Shown here piece by piece: positions 7,790 through 15,524 of a DNA stretch of 64,000 nt. A program made the translations under genes and the position numbers. This stretch comes from a virus. Each line of letters starts with the position of its first letter. Within the stretch, counting starts at the first letter, position 1. Location of the stretch: positions 23,490 to 87,489 of IMG/VR virus record IMGVR_UViG_3300037246_001555. One strand, written 5' to 3'. The notes under the pieces were generated by a model. That model was not told the origin of the DNA and made no database searches. It saw only the letters and a list, made by a program, of their open reading frames with translations.

Positions 7790-9294
7790 TGAGCCGGTTT
7801 CTTACAACGGACAAATCCAGTATTGGAGCCTTCGGGGATTTAAGAACCGCCGCTTTAACTCAAGAGGTCGCTATAGACTTCTCTCTTCCTCCTTCTGAGG
7901 CCTTTGTTAATATTGCTGCAAACAACTTAGGCTCTGTTTCTCAAGACACCACAAATAAGCTCCTTCAAGTTCAAAGTGGTGCTAGCGCGAATTCTGCTGC
8001 TTATCTTGGCACTCGAAGGCCGGTGCAGCACTTTCCCGGCCAGGGAGGGCTCGTACGATTTTCAGGCATCTTCACCGCCGGAGTCGTTGGAAACGTACAA
8101 CTGATTGGATTAGGCAACGAGTCAGACGGGCTTTTCTTCAGTTATAACGGGGTTGATTTTGGAGTGCTTCGTAGGACTGGTGGGAGTTTTGAGGTCCAAC
8201 AACTCGTAGTCTCCAACGGCGCGGATAACAATGCAGGTACACTTACTATCACGCTGAATGGCAATGCTAAAGAAGTAGAAGTAGAGAATGCAGATACCGC
8301 TAGAGAAGTAGCCGAAGCCATCGCCGCTACAGACTTCAGTGACGTTGGAGATGGGTGGTTAACGTCCATATTTGATGAGACAGTAGAGTTCATCTCGTAC
8401 AATTCTGAAGTTAAGGGAGGGGCCTTTTCTTTTGCGGACACCGACTCTACAGCCTCAGCCGCCTCGTTTTCTCAGGCCGTGGCCGGAGTAGCCCCGACAG
8501 AAGAGTTTATTGCTCAAGCCTCGTGGTCTGACGACGCGATGGATGGAGCGGGGGCGACTGCTATGACCCTCGATCCTACAAAAGGAAACGTGTTCGAAAT
8601 ACAGTACCAGTGGCTGGGTTTCGGAATGATCAAGTTCTTTATTGAAGAACAGAACACTGGCGACTTTGCTTTGGTTCATAAGATTAGCTACGCGAACCAG
8701 AATACGGCGCCTAGTCTTTCTAATCCGACACTACCTTTGTGTGTTTCTTCTGTGAACACTTCTAACACCTCAAACGTGACAGTTAAATCAGGCTCTATGG
8801 CGGGATTTACGGAGGGCATAGACCGCGGAGCTGCAAACGCATTTTTCGCAGCCCAAGGAGCAAAGAACGTTACTTCTGCTTCTGAGGCCCCTATACTTAC
8901 TCTTAGCTCTAAGTTGATATTCCAAGGCAGCGTTAACCCTGTAGTAAGCATACCCCAAAATGTGAATTTCTCAGCGTCTGGCTTGAGTAATAAGCAGATT
9001 TGTGAGTTCAGGATATATAGGGGGGCTTCTCTGACCGGACCTGTTGCGTATACCGACGTAAATACTAATTTCTCTGTAACTCGCTTTGACACAGCAGCTA
9101 CAGGATTCTCCGGCGGCCTGTTTCTCTTGGCTACGGAGGTGGCAAACAATGTTTCGGTGAATGTAGACCTTGCAACCTTATTTGGAGCTAGCTGGTTCAG
9201 GGGAGAAAGCATCACGATCACTACTACTATTGTAGGCGGCGGTGCTATAGATATGGAAGCAGCAGTCTCTTTTACGTGGGTAGAAAGCTTCTAA
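7789..9294 (+). CDS. Putative virion structural/attachment protein (lectin-like beta domain)
   Basis: AFGDLR..., W..D.MDG.G, LDPTKGNVF.IQYQWLGFG and P.LP motifs recur in phage structural proteins. Confidence 0.6.
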   Translation: MSRFLTTDKSSIGAFGDLRTAALTQEVAIDFSLPPSEAFVNIAANNLGSVSQDTTNKLLQVQSGASANSAAYLGTRRPVQHFPGQGGLVRFSGIFTAGVVGNVQLIGLGNESDGLFFSYNGVDFGVLRRTGGSFEVQQLVVSNGADNNAGTLTITLNGNAKEVEVENADTAREVAEAIAATDFSDVGDGWLTSIFDETVEFISYNSEVKGGAFSFADTDSTASAASFSQAVAGVAPTEEFIAQASWSDDAMDGAGATAMTLDPTKGNVFEIQYQWLGFGMIKFFIEEQNTGDFALVHKISYANQNTAPSLSNPTLPLCVSSVNTSNTSNVTVKSGSMAGFTEGIDRGAANAFFAAQGAKNVTSASEAPILTLSSKLIFQGSVNPVVSIPQNVNFSASGLSNKQICEFRIYRGASLTGPVAYTDVNTNFSVTRFDTAATGFSGGLFLLATEVANNVSVNVDLATLFGASWFRGESITITTTIVGGGAIDMEAAVSFTWVESF

Positions 9295-9309
9295 ATTCCT
9301 AAACCGTTT

Positions 9310-9335
9310 TCGCGCGCCTAGTAGCGCCTAGAAGG
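9310..9335 (+). repeat. 26-bp direct repeat, right copy TCGCGCGCCTAGTAGCGCCTAGAAGG
   Basis: 25/26 identical to 7279-7304; runs into the AAGGAG RBS of the 9344 gene. Confidence 0.9.
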
Positions 9336-9343
9336 AGTCAACC

Positions 9344-9616
9344 TTGTCCCAAATCCTATCGCAAAAGATTCAATCGGTGCGCCGAGGGAGTAGCTCTGTG
9401 GCCGCCACAGTAGTCAAGCTTACCACGCGGTCCGATTCCGTAGAAGTGCCGAGAATGGCTGCAACTGCGAACACCGCCGCGCAACTCCGACGCCCCGGTG
9501 ACAACGTTGTCACGGTGAGTATCACTGACATTGATACTGTTGCTTTGACGGGAAATGTCGGTGATGAGGTCCTACTCGTCACCCTTCATGATGACCCCGT
9601 TCCGGAGCTGAGGTAA
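9344..9616 (+). CDS. Small beta-rich virion protein (paralog of 11173-11505)
   Basis: SDSVEVP...GDEVLLVTLH compared with SDTVTVP...GSEVVLFTLH. Confidence 0.6.
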   Translation: MSQILSQKIQSVRRGSSSVAATVVKLTTRSDSVEVPRMAATANTAAQLRRPGDNVVTVSITDIDTVALTGNVGDEVLLVTLHDDPVPELR

Positions 9617-9619
9617 GTC

Positions 9620-9910
9620 GTGGCCCCCAAGATTTCTGACGGCACAGAGGTCAGAATTCAGGTTTCCAATAGGCTTACCCTACGGGTTCGTGAGCTGTAT
9701 CCGGTAACCGACAACGACTTTGTTTCAACCACAGCCGGAGGCCTACGTCAGGACCAGGGCGTTCTAGCCACCAAGTCTACGGTTGGCATTGCTGAGAGCG
9801 AGTTCTACACTGGAGTCTCTCGCGTCAAGGGCGCAGCTCCCGGTAGCAACCTCTATGTCAAGAATGCTGCTGGCACTCGGGCAATCGTGGTCCAGCTCGA
9901 AGACAACTAA
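9620..9910 (+). CDS. Small virion-module protein
   Basis: 96 aa, GAGG RBS, beta-rich. Confidence 0.55.
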   Translation: MAPKISDGTEVRIQVSNRLTLRVRELYPVTDNDFVSTTAGGLRQDQGVLATKSTVGIAESEFYTGVSRVKGAAPGSNLYVKNAAGTRAIVVQLEDN

Positions 9911-9915
9911 GTCTG

Positions 9916-10197
9916 GTGGCTGAACTATTGCCTACATCTGAGAAGAACTACGAGTTCCGTTCGAAGATCTACAAGTTCTCAGAGTTCGCCTACGCTGGTA
10001 CGGAAATCACCTTCAAGGTTGATCAATCCGCTGTATCGTCGGTGGCGGTACTCCCCGCCTCAGGGGCGCCTACCGTGACTCTGGGATCGTCTGACTCGAA
10101 TTTCGAGAAGACGGTAACGATAGCCTTAGGCAGCGCATCGGCCACTGTTGTAATTGTCACTGCCCACGGTAAAACCGCGGCGGGAGTTAAACCGTAA
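9916..10197 (+). CDS. Small beta-rich virion/decoration-like protein (paralog of 7003-7290)
   Basis: VDQSA...DSNFEKTVT. Confidence 0.6.
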   Translation: MAELLPTSEKNYEFRSKIYKFSEFAYAGTEITFKVDQSAVSSVAVLPASGAPTVTLGSSDSNFEKTVTIALGSASATVVIVTAHGKTAAGVKP

Positions 10198-10964
10198 TGC
10201 CCTCTGCATACGATACATCCGGACGCCTGAAGAAGAACGCGCTCCTTGGAACCTCCCTTGCGGTAGACCCCGACCAGGCGGTTCAGAAGGGTCAGTTCGA
10301 GGAGCTTCACGCTGAGGCCAAAGGAGTCGCTGGTCAGGGCCGTGAGCCCATGCTCGGCAGGCTACAGGGCCGCTGGCAGGAGTTCGGTCAGCAACAGCAG
10401 CATAGGCTTCAGACTATAGCCGAACGTAAAGGGTCGCTTGAGACTCAGTACTCTGGTCTGGGTGACTCTAAGATGGAGGCAGGCTTCGCCGCCAATAAGC
10501 GGTACTCTCAAGGTGAGGGCTATAATGCGAAGTCAACTTCGGCCCTAGCTAAGGCCGGAATGCCTACGGACTTCTTGAACGAGGCTAGGGAGAGCTTCTA
10601 CAAGGAGTTCTACCATGAGCTGCGATCCGCGGCGAAGAAAAAGAGCAAGGGTGGCTTTCTTGGGAAGATGCTCCCGTCTAAGCTTTCAAAGAAGATGGGC
10701 AAAATAATCCCAAGCAAGATCTCTAGAGTCCTGGGTCTCCCAAGCGGAAGCAAGCACAGCTCCGAAGCAGCGCTCGCCAAGTACGCAAAGAACATGTGGG
10801 AGGCGCGTTACGGTGACCCGGTGGAGCAGCAGTATCGCGAACGAATTAGTGCTGAGGTCGATACACTCAACCAGCAGTATATCCCGCTGCAAGAAGAAGA
10901 GCTTGACCGTCAGGAGCGTCTGGCGGATCGGGCTGAACTCTATAACATGTTCCTTGGAGAATAA
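10197..10964 (+). CDS. Hypothetical helical protein with a central Lys-rich segment
   Basis: 255 aa, TAATG overlap with the previous gene. Confidence 0.6.
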   Translation: MPSAYDTSGRLKKNALLGTSLAVDPDQAVQKGQFEELHAEAKGVAGQGREPMLGRLQGRWQEFGQQQQHRLQTIAERKGSLETQYSGLGDSKMEAGFAANKRYSQGEGYNAKSTSALAKAGMPTDFLNEARESFYKEFYHELRSAAKKKSKGGFLGKMLPSKLSKKMGKIIPSKISRVLGLPSGSKHSSEAALAKYAKNMWEARYGDPVEQQYRERISAEVDTLNQQYIPLQEEELDRQERLADRAELYNMFLGE

Positions 10965-10967
10965 TCA

Positions 10968-11171
10968 ATGAATTGGCTTCGTTCGACTCTGTTGAAGATA
11001 GCACGTAACGCAATCGACCAGCTCATTCAGGAGGCTATGGATTCGGCGATCAAGGAACTTAACGAAGAGATCGACGCGGCGTTCGAGGACGAACGTGAGC
11101 GGGCGGCTCTCAAATCTGGAATCGTGATGCTCCGACAGCGCGTAGCTTTGGCGATTAGAGAGAGGCTATAA
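10968..11171 (+). CDS. Small helical protein
   Basis: GGAG RBS; amphipathic helices. Confidence 0.55.
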   Translation: MNWLRSTLLKIARNAIDQLIQEAMDSAIKELNEEIDAAFEDERERAALKSGIVMLRQRVALAIRERL

Positions 11172-11172
11172 C

Positions 11173-11505
11173 ATGCCCAGTCTTGATAACAGCTATAATG
11201 CCGCTTCCGTGTTTGTAGATGTCCCCGGACGCCCCGATCAGGTAGCTCGTGTGTGGCGCCTAAGAATGCAGTCCAGCTCTGATACTGTAACGGTGCCTGA
11301 GTTGCTGACTCGTTCTGGGTCGAATGATCAAAGCTCCGTACGGGTACTCGACCCGGCCACTGGCGTGACGACTAACGCAGCGGCCACCACTTCGAACAAC
11401 GAGAATGTGGTGACAGTTGCGAGTTCCTCGGCCGGTAGTGAGGTTGTGCTTTTCACGCTTCATCCCCGAAATGCCCGAGGTACCGTGGCCCCTGACCCCT
11501 CGTAA
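11173..11505 (+). CDS. Small beta-rich virion protein (paralog of 9344-9616)
   Basis: Shares SD.V.VP and G.EV.L.TLH motifs. Confidence 0.6.
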   Translation: MPSLDNSYNAASVFVDVPGRPDQVARVWRLRMQSSSDTVTVPELLTRSGSNDQSSVRVLDPATGVTTNAAATTSNNENVVTVASSSAGSEVVLFTLHPRNARGTVAPDPS

Positions 11506-11526
11506 TACCGGCCTAAACAAAGCCTT

Positions 11527-11547
11527 AGACGGTATTATTTACTAGAC
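11527..11547 (+). promoter_or_regulatory. Conserved promoter-like motif, copy 2 (AGACGGTATTATTTACTAGAC)
   Basis: Intergenic; same orientation as the downstream gene. Confidence 0.7.
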
Positions 11548-11651
11548 GACTAAGGGTGTGGTGAACATCCTAGTTGTTTCACTAAACAAAACAATTGGAG
11601 ATTGCTGACCCCCGTTGGAGGGAAGGACTCTTCGCTGAGAAGGAGAATCCA

Positions 11652-12035
11652 ATGGCGCATGACGTTAAGATTCGTTTCAAGTCGTTCCTGCCGGGTGGCG
11701 GGTACGACAGTTCCGGAAACCCCGTGCAGGGTAAGACGCGCGTAGTCGGCATCGTTGATGTGACTTCGTATGACGGCGAAGAGGGTGATCAGTTCGACGC
11801 CCGCTCCGTTGGTCTCACCAACATCGACGCCTTGACCCTTCGTGTCCGGGACCAGATGGACGGATCGTTCCCTGGTGCAAAGAATCGTGACTGCCTGTAC
11901 TCGCAGAGTACCGGTCACTTCTACCTGCTCACTCGCGTTGCCACTGGCGTGGCTCTGGGTGTGGTTGCAGGAAGCACCGAGACGCTGGAGTTCGACGCTT
12001 TCGGCGACAGTGTTGCGGACGTGGAGCTGACCTAG
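11652..12035 (+). CDS. Putative capsid decoration/cement protein
   Basis: AAGGAG RBS before ATG 11652; MCP-like codon bias; has its own promoter motif and terminator. Confidence 0.55.
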   Translation: MAHDVKIRFKSFLPGGGYDSSGNPVQGKTRVVGIVDVTSYDGEEGDQFDARSVGLTNIDALTLRVRDQMDGSFPGAKNRDCLYSQSTGHFYLLTRVATGVALGVVAGSTETLEFDAFGDSVADVELT

Positions 12036-12064
12036 CACCAAGTCAGGACAGCCCTGAACCAGAT

Positions 12065-12099
12065 AGAGGAGGTCCGTATCCTACGGGCCTCCTCTTTCT
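12065..12099 (+). terminator. Rho-independent terminator
   Basis: AGAGGAGGTCCGTA-tcc-TACGGGCCTCCTCT followed by TTCT. Confidence 0.7.
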
Positions 12100-12123
12100 A
12101 CTTAAATCACTTGAGAGGTCTCT

Positions 12124-12309
12124 ATGTCAAGTTACGAAGCCCCGTTGAGATGTCAGCAATGCGGGATGGTTATTCGGAAAAAGCCCAAGGCTAAAACCCC
12201 GAAGTACTGCCCTCAATGCCGTGAAACAAAGCAGCAGGCTTGGAAGAAGGCAAACCTCTCACCAGCCGCCCAACGCAAATCGCGTTTTCAGGCGATACCT
12301 AACAAGTAA
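12124..12309 (+). CDS. Small basic zinc-finger protein
   Basis: CQQC...YCPQC, Lys-rich; GAGG RBS. Confidence 0.6.
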   Translation: MSSYEAPLRCQQCGMVIRKKPKAKTPKYCPQCRETKQQAWKKANLSPAAQRKSRFQAIPNK

Positions 12310-12321
12310 GGAGAAATTCAA

Positions 12322-12576
12322 ATGGCTACTGTTGCCAAGCGCTATATTCTGCCCCTCGGCCCCGTGAAGATTGAGGTGATTAACATCACTGCAATCACGG
12401 ATGCCGATACAGTCACAAGTAGCATTCAACGCCCCGACTTCGGCTTGTTTGTTCAGGGTGAAGATGCTGGAAATACCCAGCTCGCGACCAATGTTTCGAT
12501 CTCTGGTCGAACGGTCACTCTGAACAATGGGAACTTCTCAAGTTCCACTGGAGTCCTGCTTCTGTTCGGCTTCTAG
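12322..12576 (+). CDS. Small beta-rich virion protein
   Basis: 84 aa, AAGGAG RBS. Confidence 0.55.
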   Translation: MATVAKRYILPLGPVKIEVINITAITDADTVTSSIQRPDFGLFVQGEDAGNTQLATNVSISGRTVTLNNGNFSSSTGVLLLFGF

Positions 12577-12608
12577 GCGTGAAAAACTCGTAGGGGAGGA
12601 GGTACGTT

Positions 12609-13304
12609 ATGGTAGTTGATCTGCCTAAATGTGGGCGTCCGTTGGATGTTCGATATCATCAATGTGAGCTTGGAGTGGACCTACCGTCCGCGTTCATGCA
12701 CGATTTGTGGTCTATAGATAGCCACCTGTATCCTATTTTCCATCCGTATCGAATTCTTTGGGACGATTTGGTCAATAGCTACACCGGGGCAACTCAGGAC
12801 GAGCGCTATCCCATTACTGAGAACAGCCATCGTGTTGGCGAGCTGGTTATGGGCCACGTTCTCTCCAACGGGCAGGGAGTACCTACTCCTGACGGTTCTT
12901 GGCATATTTGGCGTTGGTGCGAGCCCGCTCGCGCGTGGGCTCACATCATTCCTGTAGAGTCCAAGGATCGGACTTACTTGAGACTCTTGGTTGAACGCCT
13001 CTGGCTTCAGGCTAAGTACAATGACAGGTACGGCCACCGGGGCTATCAGAAGATGATGGAAGAGGCAGACGTTGATCAGAGACAGAAGATTGCCGATGAT
13101 AAGAATGATCTCATGGGCGAGATTCACAAGGCTAATTCAGGGATGATGAAACGCATCATATCTAACTATGAGCGTGGGGTGGTTGATTCCACCAATCCAC
13201 AGAAGGAATCTGTGATTTCATATACCGGGCAGACGAATAAGAGTAGGACTGTGCGCCCTCTTGAAGACCGCGAAGGTGGTTTGATCCTCCCCGACGATAT
13301 GTAG
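12609..13304 (+). CDS. Hypothetical protein in the virion module
   Basis: 231 aa, GGAGG RBS. Confidence 0.6.
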   Translation: MVVDLPKCGRPLDVRYHQCELGVDLPSAFMHDLWSIDSHLYPIFHPYRILWDDLVNSYTGATQDERYPITENSHRVGELVMGHVLSNGQGVPTPDGSWHIWRWCEPARAWAHIIPVESKDRTYLRLLVERLWLQAKYNDRYGHRGYQKMMEEADVDQRQKIADDKNDLMGEIHKANSGMMKRIISNYERGVVDSTNPQKESVISYTGQTNKSRTVRPLEDREGGLILPDDM

Positions 13305-13312
13305 GAGCGTGC

Positions 13313-14638
13313 GTGGCAACCTCAGCTAAAAGGTACGGTCTTGAAGTTACCAACGATCTTGAGTTGGAGCTAAGACTTAGGCGCATTGAAGGTGAAATTG
13401 ACAAGCGTCCGGTGTCTAGCGACTTCGCAGACTCCGACGCAGTGCAGCGCGTAGACACCATTCCTCAAGTCACTGGGCTTCGTGTGAAGGGTAAGACCGC
13501 CGGTGCAGTTACTGTGGCTTGGAATCAAGTACGGATTTCTGATCTTCGGCGATACGAGCTGACTATAGCTGAAGACTTGGCCTTTTCTATCAATGTCCAG
13601 ACCTTCAATGTTGCTGGTACAGAGTTTCAGTTCAGCACGGTAGCTGAGGAAGGAGGCGGTGGAGACACTACGATCTTTGCTAAGGTGCGGGCCCGGAATA
13701 GGGCGGGCACACCGGGCCCCTTCTCGGCGGTGCTCAACACCGAGACAGGTCAGGCCCAGTCCGCGGACATTGCTGACGGCGCTGTTACGGCTGAGAAGGT
13801 CGATCCTGATGACCCGATTCAGTTCTCCGGGCTAGATGATGCTGATGTTGGTGCTAAGCTGGCTTTGAGCGGCTTTATCAACAATCTGAGGTTGTCAAAC
13901 AACAGCGATGATTCCGATCATGATATAGATATTGCTGTTGGTGTTGCTAGGGATTCGACTAACGCTTTGTCTATTTCGCTCACAAGCGGATTTTTAAAGC
14001 GAATTGATGCACCGTGGACCGCCGGAAGTGGCGGCGGGGGGTTGCCTTCCACGGTAACTTTGTCGGCGGATACCCCGTATTTTGTGTTCTTGGTGTCTAA
14101 CTCCTCAGGTACATCAACAGACGCGGGGTTCGATGATGATCCGGCTGCCGTTAATCTATTAGCGGTAACTGGAGGTTTTACTCGATTCAGACGTATAGGG
14201 TGTGTAGTCACAGACTCTAGTTCGAACATTCTACCGTTTCTTCAGTACGGAGACTACTTCCAGCTAGGCGATCCGCAACAGGATATTGATATTACGGACC
14301 CGGGTACTTCTGTGCTTACACACACGTTGACTCATATACCTGTAGGTATTGAATGTCTAGTGAATTGCACTTTGAACTGGTGTCCGAATTCGGACGACAA
14401 CTGGAGCGGTGTTGTGAAATACGGCCCAGCCGGCGCTTCCTTTTTACCCGCCGTTGACTTCACCAGCTTTGATGGCCGCTCCCGTGGCGACGCTCGGAGT
14501 ATACAGCACTCGCCTCAAATCCTAGTAACGTCTTCCGGCACGTTCAAAACTGATGCTTCAGCTAGTCGAGTCAATCTGCATTTTGTGGTTATGATTCACG
14601 GATGGACTGACCTTAGAGGTAAAGACGGTACGGCATAA
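13313..14638 (+). CDS. Tail fibre/spike-like protein with an FN3 domain
   Basis: PQVTGL..V.W...Y..KVRARN.AG..GPFS (FN3), IADGAVTAEK repeat, and a C-terminal domain with the DIDIA.G..RDS...FRRIG motif of tail-fibre proteins. Confidence 0.65.
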   Translation: MATSAKRYGLEVTNDLELELRLRRIEGEIDKRPVSSDFADSDAVQRVDTIPQVTGLRVKGKTAGAVTVAWNQVRISDLRRYELTIAEDLAFSINVQTFNVAGTEFQFSTVAEEGGGGDTTIFAKVRARNRAGTPGPFSAVLNTETGQAQSADIADGAVTAEKVDPDDPIQFSGLDDADVGAKLALSGFINNLRLSNNSDDSDHDIDIAVGVARDSTNALSISLTSGFLKRIDAPWTAGSGGGGLPSTVTLSADTPYFVFLVSNSSGTSTDAGFDDDPAAVNLLAVTGGFTRFRRIGCVVTDSSSNILPFLQYGDYFQLGDPQQDIDITDPGTSVLTHTLTHIPVGIECLVNCTLNWCPNSDDNWSGVVKYGPAGASFLPAVDFTSFDGRSRGDARSIQHSPQILVTSSGTFKTDASASRVNLHFVVMIHGWTDLRGKDGTA

Positions 14639-14653
14639 CTAAGGAGAAGATGA

Positions 14654-15346
14654 ATGGCAACCATTGATGACAATTTGTCCGGGCTAAGAGACCGCACTAG
14701 GCGGTGGCTCCACGAGCTAGCTCCCGGTAACTCCTTTTGGAGTAACACGTTTATTGACCAGCAAATCAACGTCTCCTATAGGCGCCGCTGTGCAAATCTC
14801 GTGATGGCCTTTGAGGGTTACTTCACGAACGTCGCGACTAGAGATCTCGTCGCAGATCAGGAGAGGTACGCTTGGCCTCCCGGCTTTGAGCGTTGTGAGA
14901 AGATGGAGCTGGTTAGAACAGACGGTACCACGGTGCCGCTTGAGGCGCAACGCCGTCACTACAGCGTCAATTTCACCGAAGTGAACAACACCCAAGACTC
15001 CTACGTCCCCACATATCGCCCCATTGGCGGAGGCTTTGTACTAGAGCCCGCGCCGGGCGAGACCACTGCGAACGGTATCCGAATGGAGTACCACGGCCTC
15101 CCCACGCTGATGCAGGCTGATGGCGACTCCATGCACGCGGACTTCCCTCGTAGTTTTGACGAGCTGGTGGTGCTGGACTCGGTAATCGCTTGCATGGACT
15201 CAGAGAACCTGATGGAGACCGGAGCCATGCGTACCGCCCTCCGCCAGCGCAGCGACTGGGAACAAGACTGGGAAAGGTACATTGACGGTAAGATCATCGG
15301 TACCAACAAGATTCAACCCTTTGTCCCTCACTACGCGGACGCCTAA
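14654..15346 (+). CDS. Head-tail adaptor (P22 gp4 / T7 gp11-like)
   Basis: Size and position; YAWPPGF..CEKMEL pattern; precedes the nozzle. Confidence 0.65.
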   Translation: MATIDDNLSGLRDRTRRWLHELAPGNSFWSNTFIDQQINVSYRRRCANLVMAFEGYFTNVATRDLVADQERYAWPPGFERCEKMELVRTDGTTVPLEAQRRHYSVNFTEVNNTQDSYVPTYRPIGGGFVLEPAPGETTANGIRMEYHGLPTLMQADGDSMHADFPRSFDELVVLDSVIACMDSENLMETGAMRTALRQRSDWEQDWERYIDGKIIGTNKIQPFVPHYADA

Positions 15347-15374
15347 TAACTACAACCAACACAGGAGTTTTATC

Positions 15375-15524
15375 ATGATGGATTACGGAAACAGCAACGA
15401 AAGAAGCATGCGGCATCATCCCAAGTCTAAGGGAGCACACAAGAAGTACATGGCAGATATGAAAAAGAAGGACAAGGCGAAGGACAAGCTGAAGGACAAG
15501 GCGAAGGAGAGAGGCTTCAAGTAA
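15375..15524 (+). CDS. Small Lys-rich peptide with KDKA repeats
   Basis: AGGAG RBS before ATG 15375. Confidence 0.5.
   Translation: MMDYGNSNERSMRHHPKSKGAHKKYMADMKKKDKAKDKLKDKAKERGFK
15468..15508 (+). repeat. 12-bp tandem repeat (AAGGACAAGGCG, about 3.4 copies)
   Basis: aaggacaaggcg aaggacaagctg aaggacaaggcg aagga. Confidence 0.7.
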
